From contig MGOU01000010.1 in the NCBI GenBank assembly GCA_001795385.1, positions 203 to 64,202 on the forward strand: a DNA stretch of 64,000 nucleotides, given 5' to 3'. Below are positions 1 through 9,796 of this stretch, in pieces. Position 1 is the first letter of the stretch. The number at the start of each line of letters is the position of its first letter. The notes beneath the pieces were generated by a model, which was given only the letters and a program-made list of their open reading frames with translations, was not told the DNA's origin and did no database searches. A program made the translations under genes and the position numbers. The stretch is from Clostridiales bacterium GWD2_32_19 (GTDB lineage: Bacteria > Bacillota > Clostridia > Lachnospirales > UBA12420).

Positions 1-47
1 AGTGACATCATAAACATATAAAAATAATGATTTCAGGAGGAAGTAAA

Positions 48-224
48 TGAATAGGAAAATAAAGGCAACGGTTATTTCAGGAACGATTTTAGTATCTGGA
101 GTATTAGGTGCAGTGGGATTAGTTGGGGAAGTAAGTAAAGCAGATGATTTAGCTAAACAACAGTTTGGGATATATTTGAGGGATAAAGAAAAATGCAGGA
201 TAAGCAAATTGATCCTAATTTAAA
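48..224 (+). CDS. small predicted membrane-anchored protein (58 aa), absent from ORF track
   Basis: ATG at 48 follows aggagg (34-39). It translates to MNRKIKATVISGTILVSGVLGAVGLVGEV..., with one hydrophobic helix. Its 3' end overlaps the ATG at 193 by 32 nt in another frame. Confidence 0.3.
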
Positions 225-1239
225 GTTAAGTATTGTCGTAGAAAATCATAATAATGGAGTACATATAGATGATACTTTAAAATCTATTATTAATAACGTT
301 TCTGATGAGTATAATTATGAAACAATAGTGGTTGATTATAACTCTACTGATGATAGTAAAAATGATGTACATAAATATACAAAAGGCATATCAAATAATA
401 AGACAATATGCTTGAAAGAAAATGAGAGTAGCCTTGGTAAGGGTTTAAATGAAGCAGTAAAAGCTGCGAAGGGCGAGAAAATACTCTTTTTAGGGCCAGG
501 GAGTGAATTGACTAATAATATCAATGGACTTATAGAGGAGGCAGACAGTACTAAAGCACTGGTTACGATTGGTGGGATTCTTTATTCAGATGGCGAACAG
601 CCTTATGGGTCGGATGAACTAATGAATAAAACAAGTGAAAATACTAATGCAGTACAAACAACTGAAATATTCGGAAGAAGCTCACATGAAGGGATATTAT
701 TTGATACCGAGTTTATTAGTGAAAATATTCGATTTCCAGAGATTGGCGCCGTTGATAACTTTGCAGGTGTATTCCCAGCATATTATATGGCGGAAAATAA
801 AATAAGAATTGCTTGCGAACCAGTTGAAATTATTAAAAAAAGTATAGATGTTAGAAAGTACAAAAAAAATTTAGGTCTTTTTGGATGGCTAGCAGATATC
901 AAGTACGAGAATGCGGTACTAAAAGAAAATGGCAAAGAATTCGCACCTAAGGCTTGGAGTAGATACATAAGGACGATGCTTGGACAGTTAGGACAAAATA
1001 TAGGATATGCAGCTAAAAGCATATGGAATGGTGACGAACAAAAAGAGGTAGAGCTGGATAGCATGTTGCCTTGGAGTGGAAATGATGAAACAAGAGAAGC
1101 GATTGAAGTGAGAGGAATTCTAGATAATAGCCAGGATTATGGATATATGGGTGAAACAGAATTTGTGAAGAATTATAACATAGGTGACAAAAAACTAGAA
1201 AGTCAATTTTCAGAAGTAGAGGAAGCACAGAGTATATAG
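193..1239 (+). CDS. family 2 glycosyltransferase-like protein with long C-terminal extension
   Basis: N-terminus LSIVVENHNNG...ETIVVDYNSTDDS...ILFLGPGSEL fits the GT2 (GT-A fold) pattern. The C-terminal half was not recognised. Confidence 0.65.
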   Translation: MQDKQIDPNLKLSIVVENHNNGVHIDDTLKSIINNVSDEYNYETIVVDYNSTDDSKNDVHKYTKGISNNKTICLKENESSLGKGLNEAVKAAKGEKILFLGPGSELTNNINGLIEEADSTKALVTIGGILYSDGEQPYGSDELMNKTSENTNAVQTTEIFGRSSHEGILFDTEFISENIRFPEIGAVDNFAGVFPAYYMAENKIRIACEPVEIIKKSIDVRKYKKNLGLFGWLADIKYENAVLKENGKEFAPKAWSRYIRTMLGQLGQNIGYAAKSIWNGDEQKEVELDSMLPWSGNDETREAIEVRGILDNSQDYGYMGETEFVKNYNIGDKKLESQFSEVEEAQSI

Positions 1240-1257
1240 ACAAGCTATTTGGATAAT

Positions 1258-1311
1258 AAAAACACTTTCATTTATTGTTTGAATTTTGAACAATAAATGA
1301 AAGTGTTTTTT
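1258..1311 (+). terminator. rho-independent terminator
   Basis: 19-bp stem aacactttcatttattgtt / aacaataaatgaaagtgtt followed by a T-run. Confidence 0.8.
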
Positions 1312-1648
1312 ACATTCTACTGTGATTATAGACAACAAAAATATAATTGACTATTAGATATAAAAAATACAATTAGTTACTAGAATTAATCATTTAAAAT
1401 GAAACTATTGACATATTTTGTTATAAAGTATAAAATTACTTTGATTAATAATATTTTATAAAGAACAATTTGCGTCTATCTTCTTTTTATTAGAATGACC
1501 TCATATAAATGAAAGTTATAGAGTAGCATTTGCAGGGATATCGAATCAGAAGAAGTATTTTTTAAAATTTATGTTAAATGAAAACAATAAGATAACAAAA
1601 TTCTAAGTAATATTATTTTAAATAAGAGGAAAGCAAGGGGGATAAGTA

Positions 1649-2158
1649 ATGATAGATATAAGAGAATTAACAGTTGATAACACAAGTGAATTTTATAGTC
1701 TGGTATTGGAAAGCTCAAAAGAAGTTCCTAATAATTTTAGTTATACATATGAAGAGATTAAAGAAATGTCAACAGAAGAATTTACGAAGAAGTTTTTAAT
1801 AAAAAAAAGTGTAGACGATTTTGTACTTGGAGCATTTGAACAAGAAAAAATGCTGGGCTTTATACAGCTTAAAACTTCTAAAAGAGATAGATTAAAACAT
1901 AAAGGAGAAGTTTCAAAGTTATATATTTCTAGCAACAACAGGGGAAAAGGTGTTGCAAAGAAATTATTAGAAAAATTAATACAAATAGCAAAAAAGATAG
2001 AAGGATTAGAACAGTTAAACTTAATGGTAGTAAGTGAAAATATACAAGCAATAAATTTATATCTTAAGTGTGGATTTAGGATATATGGAATAGAAAAGAA
2101 CAGTATGAAGTTTGAGAATATATATACCGATGCGTTATGTATGCAACTATTCGTGTAA
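1649..2158 (+). CDS. GNAT family N-acetyltransferase
   Basis: 169 aa with the acetyl-CoA motif NRGKGVAKKLLEKLI and a GNAT-like length and layout. Confidence 0.85.
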   Translation: MIDIRELTVDNTSEFYSLVLESSKEVPNNFSYTYEEIKEMSTEEFTKKFLIKKSVDDFVLGAFEQEKMLGFIQLKTSKRDRLKHKGEVSKLYISSNNRGKGVAKKLLEKLIQIAKKIEGLEQLNLMVVSENIQAINLYLKCGFRIYGIEKNSMKFENIYTDALCMQLFV

Positions 2159-2319
2159 TTGCTTAATTAATTAAGGAGTATTAACATAAATGAATACATA
2201 GAAATAGAAACTTGAATATTTTGAAAAAAATCCAGTTAGAAGTACTTAAGATAAAAAATAAATAATATGGTATTATTTTATAAGTTTAATAAATAAAAAA
2301 CCATAAGGGGATAAAATTT

Positions 2320-3021
2320 ATGAATTTGCAGATAGAACAAATAAAATTAAACGCCATATTAACTGGAGATATAAAGAAAGATGTAGAAAATCTATTGAAT
2401 ATATATGGGTGTTCACGTATTGCTGAACATTCAAGAAATGTAGCAGAACAAAGTAAAATATTAGCGTTAAAATTTAACTATGATTTAAGAAAAGCCGAAA
2501 TTGCTGGGTATCTACATGATATTAGTGGGATTATTCCTAATAGCGAGAGAGTAAATGTAGCTGAAAAATTAAATATTGAAATATTGAAAGAAGAAAGAGA
2601 GTTTCCGTTGATATTACACCAAAAGATTTCTGGAGTTATATCAAAAGAAGTTTTCAAAATAGATGATGTGGAGATAATTAATGCCATATCGTGTCATACC
2701 ACATTAAAGAAAGAACCCTCAAAATTAGATTTAATCTTATTTGTAGCTGACAAAATAGCATGGGATCAAGAAGGGAAACCACCATATATAAATGAAGTTT
2801 TAATTGGAATTGATAGTTCATTAGAACAAGGTGCGTATGAATATATAAAATATTTAATTGATAGGAAAGAAGAGTTAAAAGTAGTTCATCCTATTTTGAT
2901 AGATGCATATGAATTTTTAAAAAGAGAGGTTAGTGTTATGAATAACCATATAGTTGATTATGTATATAAAATAGTTGAAGATGAAGCGAAAAAAGATAAG
3001 AGTTTTATTGATTCGAAATGA
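2320..3021 (+). CDS. HD-domain phosphohydrolase (YqeK-like)
   Basis: H...HD signature: EHSRNVAEQS...AGYLHDISG...CHTT...FVADKIAWD. Confidence 0.7.
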   Translation: MNLQIEQIKLNAILTGDIKKDVENLLNIYGCSRIAEHSRNVAEQSKILALKFNYDLRKAEIAGYLHDISGIIPNSERVNVAEKLNIEILKEEREFPLILHQKISGVISKEVFKIDDVEIINAISCHTTLKKEPSKLDLILFVADKIAWDQEGKPPYINEVLIGIDSSLEQGAYEYIKYLIDRKEELKVVHPILIDAYEFLKREVSVMNNHIVDYVYKIVEDEAKKDKSFIDSK

Positions 3022-3109
3022 TACTAGATTGGCATGGTTTTTTAGTAACAAACAAAATGATGATTAAGTTTATGAACCTACTATATAGAAGCAATAGGAG
3101 GAAAAAGTT

Positions 3110-3553
3110 ATGGAGCATATTATATTCATGAATAAGAAAACGGATGATTTTCTAAAGAGGATAGTGACAGGAGAAAAGCCTATTGAGTCGAGGTGGTATA
3201 AGCACAAATACGCACCTTGGGATAGAATCAAGGCGGGCGAGACTGTATATTTTAAAAATTCAGGGGAAAAAGTAACTGTTCGGGCAGTAGTAAAAGAAAT
3301 AATGCAATTTGAAAATCTGGATGAAGAAAAGATAGAAAAAATATGGAATGCTTATGGGAAAGAGATAAACCCTATTACGAAAGACATGAAATCTACGATA
3401 GGGCTGGAAAAGGCGAAGCCATACAAATATTGTGTTTTAGTCTGGGTTAAAGATGTAAAAGAAATAGAGCCATTTGCGATAGACAAAACGGGATACGGGA
3501 ATATGGCGGCGTGGATAGTAGTTGATGATGTGAATAAAATTAGGGTGAAATAG
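3110..3553 (+). CDS. ASCH (PUA-like) domain protein
   Basis: IVTGEKPIESRW matches the ASCH GxKxxExR motif; the length is 147 aa. Confidence 0.65.
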   Translation: MEHIIFMNKKTDDFLKRIVTGEKPIESRWYKHKYAPWDRIKAGETVYFKNSGEKVTVRAVVKEIMQFENLDEEKIEKIWNAYGKEINPITKDMKSTIGLEKAKPYKYCVLVWVKDVKEIEPFAIDKTGYGNMAAWIVVDDVNKIRVK

Positions 3554-3749
3554 AATATAAACCTGTTTGTTCCATTGGAAATTCTAATCCAAAATATGCA
3601 TAGGAATAAAGTCTAATATGCGTTTTTTGCTAATATGATTTATATTCATGATGTAAAGAGAAGGGTTCAAAAGATAAAAAATCAAGTAATATTAAAAGGT
3701 AAGAATGAAGTATTAACAGATGATTAGTAAGCGGTAGAATAAAACACCT

Positions 3750-5309
3750 TCATAATTGGAGGTGTTCTTGTTGCATTTCTTTTTCTTGCATTATACAATG
3801 TATAAGAAGTGGATCTAGCCCTTGCAGTTCTGATTCTTGCTGTTTTTGGCTTTCAGGTTTATCTACTTGCCAATATGGAAGATTTCCTTGATAGTCAAAG
3901 GGTGTAAGAATATTAAGATCTGTTGAATGTGATACACTAATTTTTTCAACATTTGAGCCCATTATATTGTTTAAATTGTAAAAATCTTTATGTGCTTCAG
4001 GCATATCATTGTTTAAGTCTTCACATGTCTGAAATAAGCTAGTAAAATAATTACTTAAAGCGGAAGCAACCATAGAAGGATCTTTATCTTTATTTAAATA
4101 ATTTACTACAGCTCCTGCATTTATTAAAAAATTATTCGAACCTAAATTATTATTTCCTGTATTTGTTTCTTTATCAGGATTTGATAAGAAGATATCATTA
4201 ATGTCAAATTTATTTTCTGTGGCAATTGCGGTTAAAAAGTATAATGCATCACCTATTTCATTTCTTAATAATACTTTTGTAGCAAGCTCTCTACCGTATT
4301 TTTTGTAATATTCTTTTGAATCAGTTAGAGTAATAATTTTCAAAGAGCTTTTAATAAAACTGTGTTCTAAGAAGGTTGTTTTGTTGTCACAATTTATTTT
4401 TGTTCTTTCAACTTCTTTTTGATATTCACTAAAAGTGATGTCAGGATATTTTGATGCCATTGCACTAACGCATGCAGCTGATACATTAACATCTCTTGGT
4501 ACAATAAAATGAGAGGAAATTCTCGAAAAATATTCTCTTTTATCAAATTCATTAGGATATATTTCACGCGTAATGCGATAATTATCTTTTAATATATGTT
4601 CAAGTACCCCATTTTCTTGAATTATAGTTGGATCATAATCAACAATCAAACGACCAATAAAGGTCGTATATGCGATAATGTCTCCAATTTCTTGAATGGT
4701 AGCTAGCTTATCATTACTGCTTATACATTCAATTAATTCCGCTACTTCTGTAAAAAGCTGTTGGGAATGATATGAGGCATTGTTCTTTTTATCGAAATTA
4801 CAGATAAACTCTTCATATTCACGATATGTCTTTATTGGCGTATATGTTCCAGCTAATATATCTTTATATTTTTTACCCAAATTAGATTTTGGATCTGATT
4901 CTTCACTATGCTCTTGTTTTTTTGAAGCCTCATCATTTTTAAAACGTTCTTCTGTAAATGGACCTCTATAACCAAGCTTAATAAGATTGCAATTGGCAGC
5001 GTCTAGTAAAGATGAGCCATGTTCGCTTGCAATAGCTTCTGCAAAAAACATTATATTTCCAAGCGATAAAAAAACTTCAGTTTTTTCATCGCTTGTTAAC
5101 TCAGTAGCTGATTCATAAAAAAATTTTCTATCTTTTTCTTGTGCATTAATTAACATATATTTTTGAGCAATTTTACTCACTTCTGCAAACATACAAATAA
5201 GGAAGAAATTAAGATGTTCTTCTTTAGATATAGTTTTAGATTTTTTATAATCAACAAACATAGAATAGTCTTCAGGCGTGAATCCCATAGCTCTCACTTT
5301 CCTTTCCAT
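3750..5309 (-). CDS. protein with three tandem MazG-like (all-alpha NTP pyrophosphohydrolase-like) repeats
   Basis: Three internal repeats each open like a MazG domain (FTPEDYSMF, TYREYEEF, TFSEYQKEVERT). The second has ExxE (EVAELIE) plus ExxD (EIGDII), and the third has EIGDALYF. Confidence 0.55.
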   Translation of the reverse strand: MERKVRAMGFTPEDYSMFVDYKKSKTISKEEHLNFFLICMFAEVSKIAQKYMLINAQEKDRKFFYESATELTSDEKTEVFLSLGNIMFFAEAIASEHGSSLLDAANCNLIKLGYRGPFTEERFKNDEASKKQEHSEESDPKSNLGKKYKDILAGTYTPIKTYREYEEFICNFDKKNNASYHSQQLFTEVAELIECISSNDKLATIQEIGDIIAYTTFIGRLIVDYDPTIIQENGVLEHILKDNYRITREIYPNEFDKREYFSRISSHFIVPRDVNVSAACVSAMASKYPDITFSEYQKEVERTKINCDNKTTFLEHSFIKSSLKIITLTDSKEYYKKYGRELATKVLLRNEIGDALYFLTAIATENKFDINDIFLSNPDKETNTGNNNLGSNNFLINAGAVVNYLNKDKDPSMVASALSNYFTSLFQTCEDLNNDMPEAHKDFYNLNNIMGSNVEKISVSHSTDLNILTPFDYQGNLPYWQVDKPESQKQQESELQGLDPLLIHCIMQEKEMQQEHLQL

Positions 5310-5474
5310 ACATCTAGTAAAATTATATCATAAAATTCAAATTATGTCAATAAATGTAAAAATAGAAAACTTCATCTATAGAAAATGTAAATTAAAATAT
5401 ATTTAGAGGTTCTCAGTAAATGCTGAAAACCTTTTTTTGACTAATTATTATTTTTATCATAATATATTTTCCAA

Positions 5475-5519
5475 GTGATATCATATTTATATAATCTGCA
5501 TTATTTTTTGTGATATCAT
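5475..5519. promoter_or_regulatory. two identical palindromic boxes gtgatatcat bracketing a tataat hexamer
   Basis: gtgatatcat occurs at 5475-5484 and 5510-5519 (core tgatatca is an 8-bp palindrome), with tataat between them. Confidence 0.3.
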
Positions 5520-5773
5520 TGCACTGAATTGTTGTATTTATGTGGTTATTGTTATTTGTTTCTGTCCTTAATCTAAATCAAGGGGTAGATGCGAAGATAA
5601 AATTAGGTTTCAAAAGTAAATTGAGTTTTAAGCAGAAAGCAGTAATAATTGCGATGTTAAATAGAATAAAAAACATGTATATGAGTTATTTTACAAAATA
5701 ATGCAAGTATAAATATGGTAAATACATTTTCAATAACAGTTTAACTATTTCGTCGAAAAATGTCGTAAAATGA

Positions 5774-5802
5774 TTGACGAATGTCGAATATTGTGTTAAA
5801 AT
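5774..5802 (+). promoter_or_regulatory. sigma-A type promoter for the MCP operon
   Basis: TTGACG (5774-5779), 17-nt spacer, tgt-TAAAAT (extended -10, 5794-5802). Confidence 0.6.
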
Positions 5803-5887
5803 TAATCATATAAAATATAAACTACAGTTAAATGTTTTGATATGTAACTTAGAAAGGAGGTTGCATTTATATTAAAAGGGAGGTTAG

Positions 5888-6955
5888 ATGATGAACTATT
5901 TTATTGCAATTATTATCGTTTTTTTTGCAGTAATTATTACACGACAATTCTATAAAAGTAAAGCAAGTACATATAAGAAGTTAACCGAGCAAGCGGAGTT
6001 AAAAAACAAGGAGATACTCACGGGTATAAATGGTTGTCTTGAAAAGGTTATGAAGGACAATTCTGCAATCAGTGAAAAATTAATGCTAGATATTTTTGAT
6101 TTAATTTCTAATGTAGAAAGTATTAATAATAAGATAAGTAATATTCATGCTGAAAGTGGAAGCATTTCAAATTCTTTTGAAGTAATAGCATTAAGTTTTT
6201 CAGATTCATCTAATGCTAATCAGGTTACGGCAACAGATATTTGTGAAATATCTTCACGGTTAAAGGAAACAATTTCATTAGCTGAGAAGAACGAAGCACT
6301 AGCATCTGAAGCAAAACCACATTTGGCGCAAATAGAGGGAATATTATCCAATACGGAGGTTTTAACTGATAAGTTAAGTCAAAATGCCGTAGAAATAAGT
6401 AGCATTGTTGATACAATTAAAGGGATCACTGAGAAAACAAATCTTTTGGCTTTGAACGCAGCAATAGAAGCAGCACGTGCAGGTGAACAAGGGAGAGGCT
6501 TTGCTGTTGTTGCAGATGAGATAAGAAAGTTAGCAGATAGTAGTAATAAATCTGCAAAGAAAATTGAAGAGCTTATAAAAAACAATCAAGAATCAATAGT
6601 GAACACAGTTAATTATGTTTCTGAAATTAAACTTAATATTGAAAAAGAAGTCTTTTGTATTGATGAACGATTTGAACAAACTAGAAAAACGACTGAAAAG
6701 GTACTCAGTATAAATAACAAGATTGAAAATATTGCAGCGTATACGGAAGAGCAATCTGCTACATCTGAAGAGGTATACGCTACCACAGAACAAATAAATA
6801 ATAAGAGCCAATCTATTGTTAATTCGGTGAAACAAGTTAACGAAAATATTGAAGTACAACTTAAAATTATTCGAGCTCTTGATGATATTCCTATAAAGCT
6901 AAATGATTCATCCGAAGAAATATTCAAACTAATAAAACAAATAAAATCATCATAA
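5888..6955 (+). CDS. methyl-accepting chemotaxis protein, single N-terminal TM, no obvious sensor domain
   Basis: Highly conserved MCP signalling hairpin [34 protein letters not shown]. The only hydrophobic helix is at aa 4-20. Confidence 0.9.
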   Translation: MMNYFIAIIIVFFAVIITRQFYKSKASTYKKLTEQAELKNKEILTGINGCLEKVMKDNSAISEKLMLDIFDLISNVESINNKISNIHAESGSISNSFEVIALSFSDSSNANQVTATDICEISSRLKETISLAEKNEALASEAKPHLAQIEGILSNTEVLTDKLSQNAVEISSIVDTIKGITEKTNLLALNAAIEAARAGEQGRGFAVVADEIRKLADSSNKSAKKIEELIKNNQESIVNTVNYVSEIKLNIEKEVFCIDERFEQTRKTTEKVLSINNKIENIAAYTEEQSATSEEVYATTEQINNKSQSIVNSVKQVNENIEVQLKIIRALDDIPIKLNDSSEEIFKLIKQIKSS

Positions 6956-6974
6956 GAATGAGGGGGTAACTATT

Positions 6975-7250
6975 ATGTCTAAACAAAACTGTTGGGAATA
7001 TAAAAATTGTGGAAGGAATCCAGGGGGAGCAAAAGTAGCAGAAATGGGTGTTTGTCCAGCTGCCACTGATGCATCACTTAATAAATGCAATGATGGAGAT
7101 AACGGGGGCAGGATGTGCTGGGCAATAGCAGGAACATTTTGTGGTGGGAAAGTTCAAGGGAGCTTTGCAGAGAAACAATCTTCATGTTTAGGATGTGAAT
7201 TTTTTAAAAAAGTAAAAGAAGAAGAAGAGGGCAAATTTAAATTAAAATAA
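6975..7250 (+). CDS. small Cys-rich 'two-CW'-type protein (91 aa, 8 Cys)
   Basis: Motifs NCWEYKNCG, MCWAIAGTFCGG and CLGCEFF. It starts 20 nt after the MCP stop behind gaggggg, and a shared terminator follows. Confidence 0.7.
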   Translation: MSKQNCWEYKNCGRNPGGAKVAEMGVCPAATDASLNKCNDGDNGGRMCWAIAGTFCGGKVQGSFAEKQSSCLGCEFFKKVKEEEEGKFKLK

Positions 7251-7334
7251 AATGGCAGACTAGTGAAATATACTATTTACATAGGAAAATTATATATAAG
7301 AAAGGAATTATCAAGAGAATTAAATAACAATTTA

Positions 7335-7385
7335 AAACACCCTTTATTTAGTGTTTTTGAACATTAAATAAAGGGTGTTTTTTAT
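7335..7385 (+). terminator. rho-independent terminator
   Basis: aaacaccctttattta / taaataaagggtgttt stem followed by a T-run. Confidence 0.8.
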
Positions 7386-7446
7386 TTAGATTTATAAGCT
7401 TTTTAAAGTATTGTTTTGCGTGTTAGATTACATTGGATTTTAATTT

Positions 7447-7601
7447 CTTAGGGTCAATTCCCCGCAGCTCTGCTGCGTGCGTCCTGTCATTGCGAGGTAC
7501 GAAGCAATCTTGTACTTAAGCTAAAGGAGAGATTGCTTCGTAAAAAGATGCTCGCAATGACAAATAGATACCCCGCAGCTTTGCTGCGGGGAGAATTCAT
7601 T
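7447..7601. repeat. nested-palindrome repeat, family 1, copy A (divergent)
   Basis: Outer ccccgcagc...gctgcgggg, middle gtcattgcgag...ctcgcaatgac, inner gaagcaatct...agattgcttc. Confidence 0.85.
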
Positions 7602-7769
7602 AAGTGTAAAATACAATAACACATAAAAAGTGAAATAAAGTATTGTTAAACACTAAAAAATATGATAAAATACACATAAAAGTAGCCTTTTAAATAGCTA
7701 AAATACTATAAGATATAAGGGTTTTTGGATTCAGAAACAGGCTAAATTATACTAAGGAGGAGAAGTAAA

Positions 7770-9593
7770 ATGAAGAAAATAATTAGTTTGCTGTATGTAG
7801 TATCGTTTATGATAATGTTAATTAATCAAACATCTTTTGCGGATGGAATGGTATTCTCACCACCGACAGGCCCTGCTACGCAAATTGAGGTGATACCCGA
7901 GGAAGAGCAATATTGTTTCATTAACTATAACCAAGATTCACAAAGTATGTTTTTGAGCATTGATTTAAAGACAGAGAATGATAAAAAATCAGTTTGGATA
8001 TTTCCGGTACCAGCAGAGCCTAAAGATGTAATAATGAATGTAATAGATGCGCAGTTTTCCATATCGGGGACTGAAGTAAATGATGCTGCAAAGGATAAAA
8101 TAGAAAAGGTAAAGGATGGCATGTTAGCTACACAAATATACCCATTGCTATTTGAGGATGATGACAATAATTGGGGATACAAATCATATGACGGAATGTC
8201 TGCTATGGGCATCATGACGGATGATAGTAGTATAAACGAAACACAGGGAGTCACAGTATACGAGCAAATAGATAAGATGGGGACGAGGACAGAGTTAATT
8301 ACAGCTGTTGATGAAATGAGTATAAAAAAGTACTTAGAAAGTAATGGGGTATATATAAATGAAAAGATATTAAATAGCTTAAAACAATACATAGGACAAA
8401 AATCAACATTCGTGGTTTCTTGGATAACTGATGAAAATCAGTATAATGAGGAATTGCAAATAACTGATAGTGATTCGTTATATACTACACAAGGTAATAA
8501 AAAAGTGGGAGTAAATGTTGTTTTTCCAGCTAAAGAATTATATTTTCCATTGAAACTTACATCCATTTATGATAGTGTTATCGTTCCAGCGAACATTTAT
8601 GTTGTAGGACATGTTAGTCCAAAGCCATACAGTAAGTTAGAACAGTATCTGGAAACTGAGTATTACATTGATGGAAGTATAGATATAAATTCATCTGACG
8701 ATAAAATGAAAGATATTATGTTGTTAAAAAATGTAAATTTAAGCGGTATGGACTATACAAAAATAACAATTAATTCACCTTCGAAAATTTTATCAGAAGA
8801 TTTAATGATAAATAAAGAATCTCCAATTAAAGTTAGTTTTCTTAAATTTATTGCGGTGAATTCATTATTGTTTGGAATATTGTCAGTAATTATTATTTCG
8901 ATTTTATTATCAATCATTTTAGGAAAAGTATTATACAAACAAAATATATCTTTTAAAAGACTTATTATAATAGGGGCAAGCAACATTTTTTCAATAATAG
9001 GGGTAGCTGCTAGTAGTTTTTTAATTTTAAAAGAAGAAGTAAGCAATGAAAGTAAAATGGTAAAGGATAAAGTAAAAGAATTTAGCATAAGTGCAGAAAA
9101 AATATCGATTTGTGGTATTATGGGATTGGTTATTTTTATAATTGCAGTAATATTATCAAGCCAGTCATATTATAGAACAGAAGAATTTGTTGGAATTCCT
9201 CTGGTAGTATTATATTTTATTTCATTAATATTCTTAAGTATAGAAAAGCAGACTATAGAGGTAGGAGATGCGACTAATAAATATATTATATTTGATGTAA
9301 AGAAGATGATTTATGGATTCTTAGTATATATATGTAGCATTATATTTTGTATAGTTGTTTTACAAATTCGTAGTAGTAGCGGAGGAGTAATTATAAGTAC
9401 ATTAATAGCTTTTGCTGTTGTTTTAGTTACTATGGTATTTGTTAATAAATTGCTCAATAAGTTTACGAAGATTGGAATTATTATATTAAATAAAACAAGT
9501 TATTTGAAATTAATATTTCCTGTATTATTTAGTATAGGATTTGTAATAAGTGTTCTTGTATTTTTAGGTTTGATAAATCTACTAATTAAATAG
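7770..9593 (+). CDS. secreted/membrane protein: signal peptide, ~340-aa extracytoplasmic domain, ~7 C-terminal TM helices
   Basis: N-terminal MKKIISLLYVVSFMIMLINQTSFA is followed by a hydrophilic domain and then repeated hydrophobic stretches. The family was not recognised with confidence. Confidence 0.7.
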   Translation: MKKIISLLYVVSFMIMLINQTSFADGMVFSPPTGPATQIEVIPEEEQYCFINYNQDSQSMFLSIDLKTENDKKSVWIFPVPAEPKDVIMNVIDAQFSISGTEVNDAAKDKIEKVKDGMLATQIYPLLFEDDDNNWGYKSYDGMSAMGIMTDDSSINETQGVTVYEQIDKMGTRTELITAVDEMSIKKYLESNGVYINEKILNSLKQYIGQKSTFVVSWITDENQYNEELQITDSDSLYTTQGNKKVGVNVVFPAKELYFPLKLTSIYDSVIVPANIYVVGHVSPKPYSKLEQYLETEYYIDGSIDINSSDDKMKDIMLLKNVNLSGMDYTKITINSPSKILSEDLMINKESPIKVSFLKFIAVNSLLFGILSVIIISILLSIILGKVLYKQNISFKRLIIIGASNIFSIIGVAASSFLILKEEVSNESKMVKDKVKEFSISAEKISICGIMGLVIFIIAVILSSQSYYRTEEFVGIPLVVLYFISLIFLSIEKQTIEVGDATNKYIIFDVKKMIYGFLVYICSIIFCIVVLQIRSSSGGVIISTLIAFAVVLVTMVFVNKLLNKFTKIGIIILNKTSYLKLIFPVLFSIGFVISVLVFLGLINLLIK

Positions 9594-9642
9594 AAAGATA
9601 GAGTGTATAAGTATAAAGACTTATTGCTGTTGTTAATATATA

Positions 9643-9698
9643 AAAAACGCTTTTGTTTGTTGTTAGAACTTTGAATAATAAACAAAAGTGTTTTTTAT
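9643..9698 (+). terminator. rho-independent terminator
   Basis: aaaacgcttttgttt / aaacaaaagtgtttt stem followed by a T-run. Confidence 0.75.
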
Positions 9699-9796
9699 TT
9701 ACATTTTTTCTGTAAAAATGTTGACTTTAGTGGCAAAATAGGATATATTAAGTATATGTTTTTAAAAAAGTGGATATGGATGGGGGATATAGAAAG

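Noticed and set aside
5760-5792. Possible sigma-D (sigma-28) promoter (taaa...gtcgaata) for the MCP gene
   Set aside because: Only about 5 of 8 matches to GCCGATAT, and the spacing is 13-14 nt rather than 15. The same DNA fits a good sigma-A promoter much better (TTGACG-N17-tgtTAAAAT).
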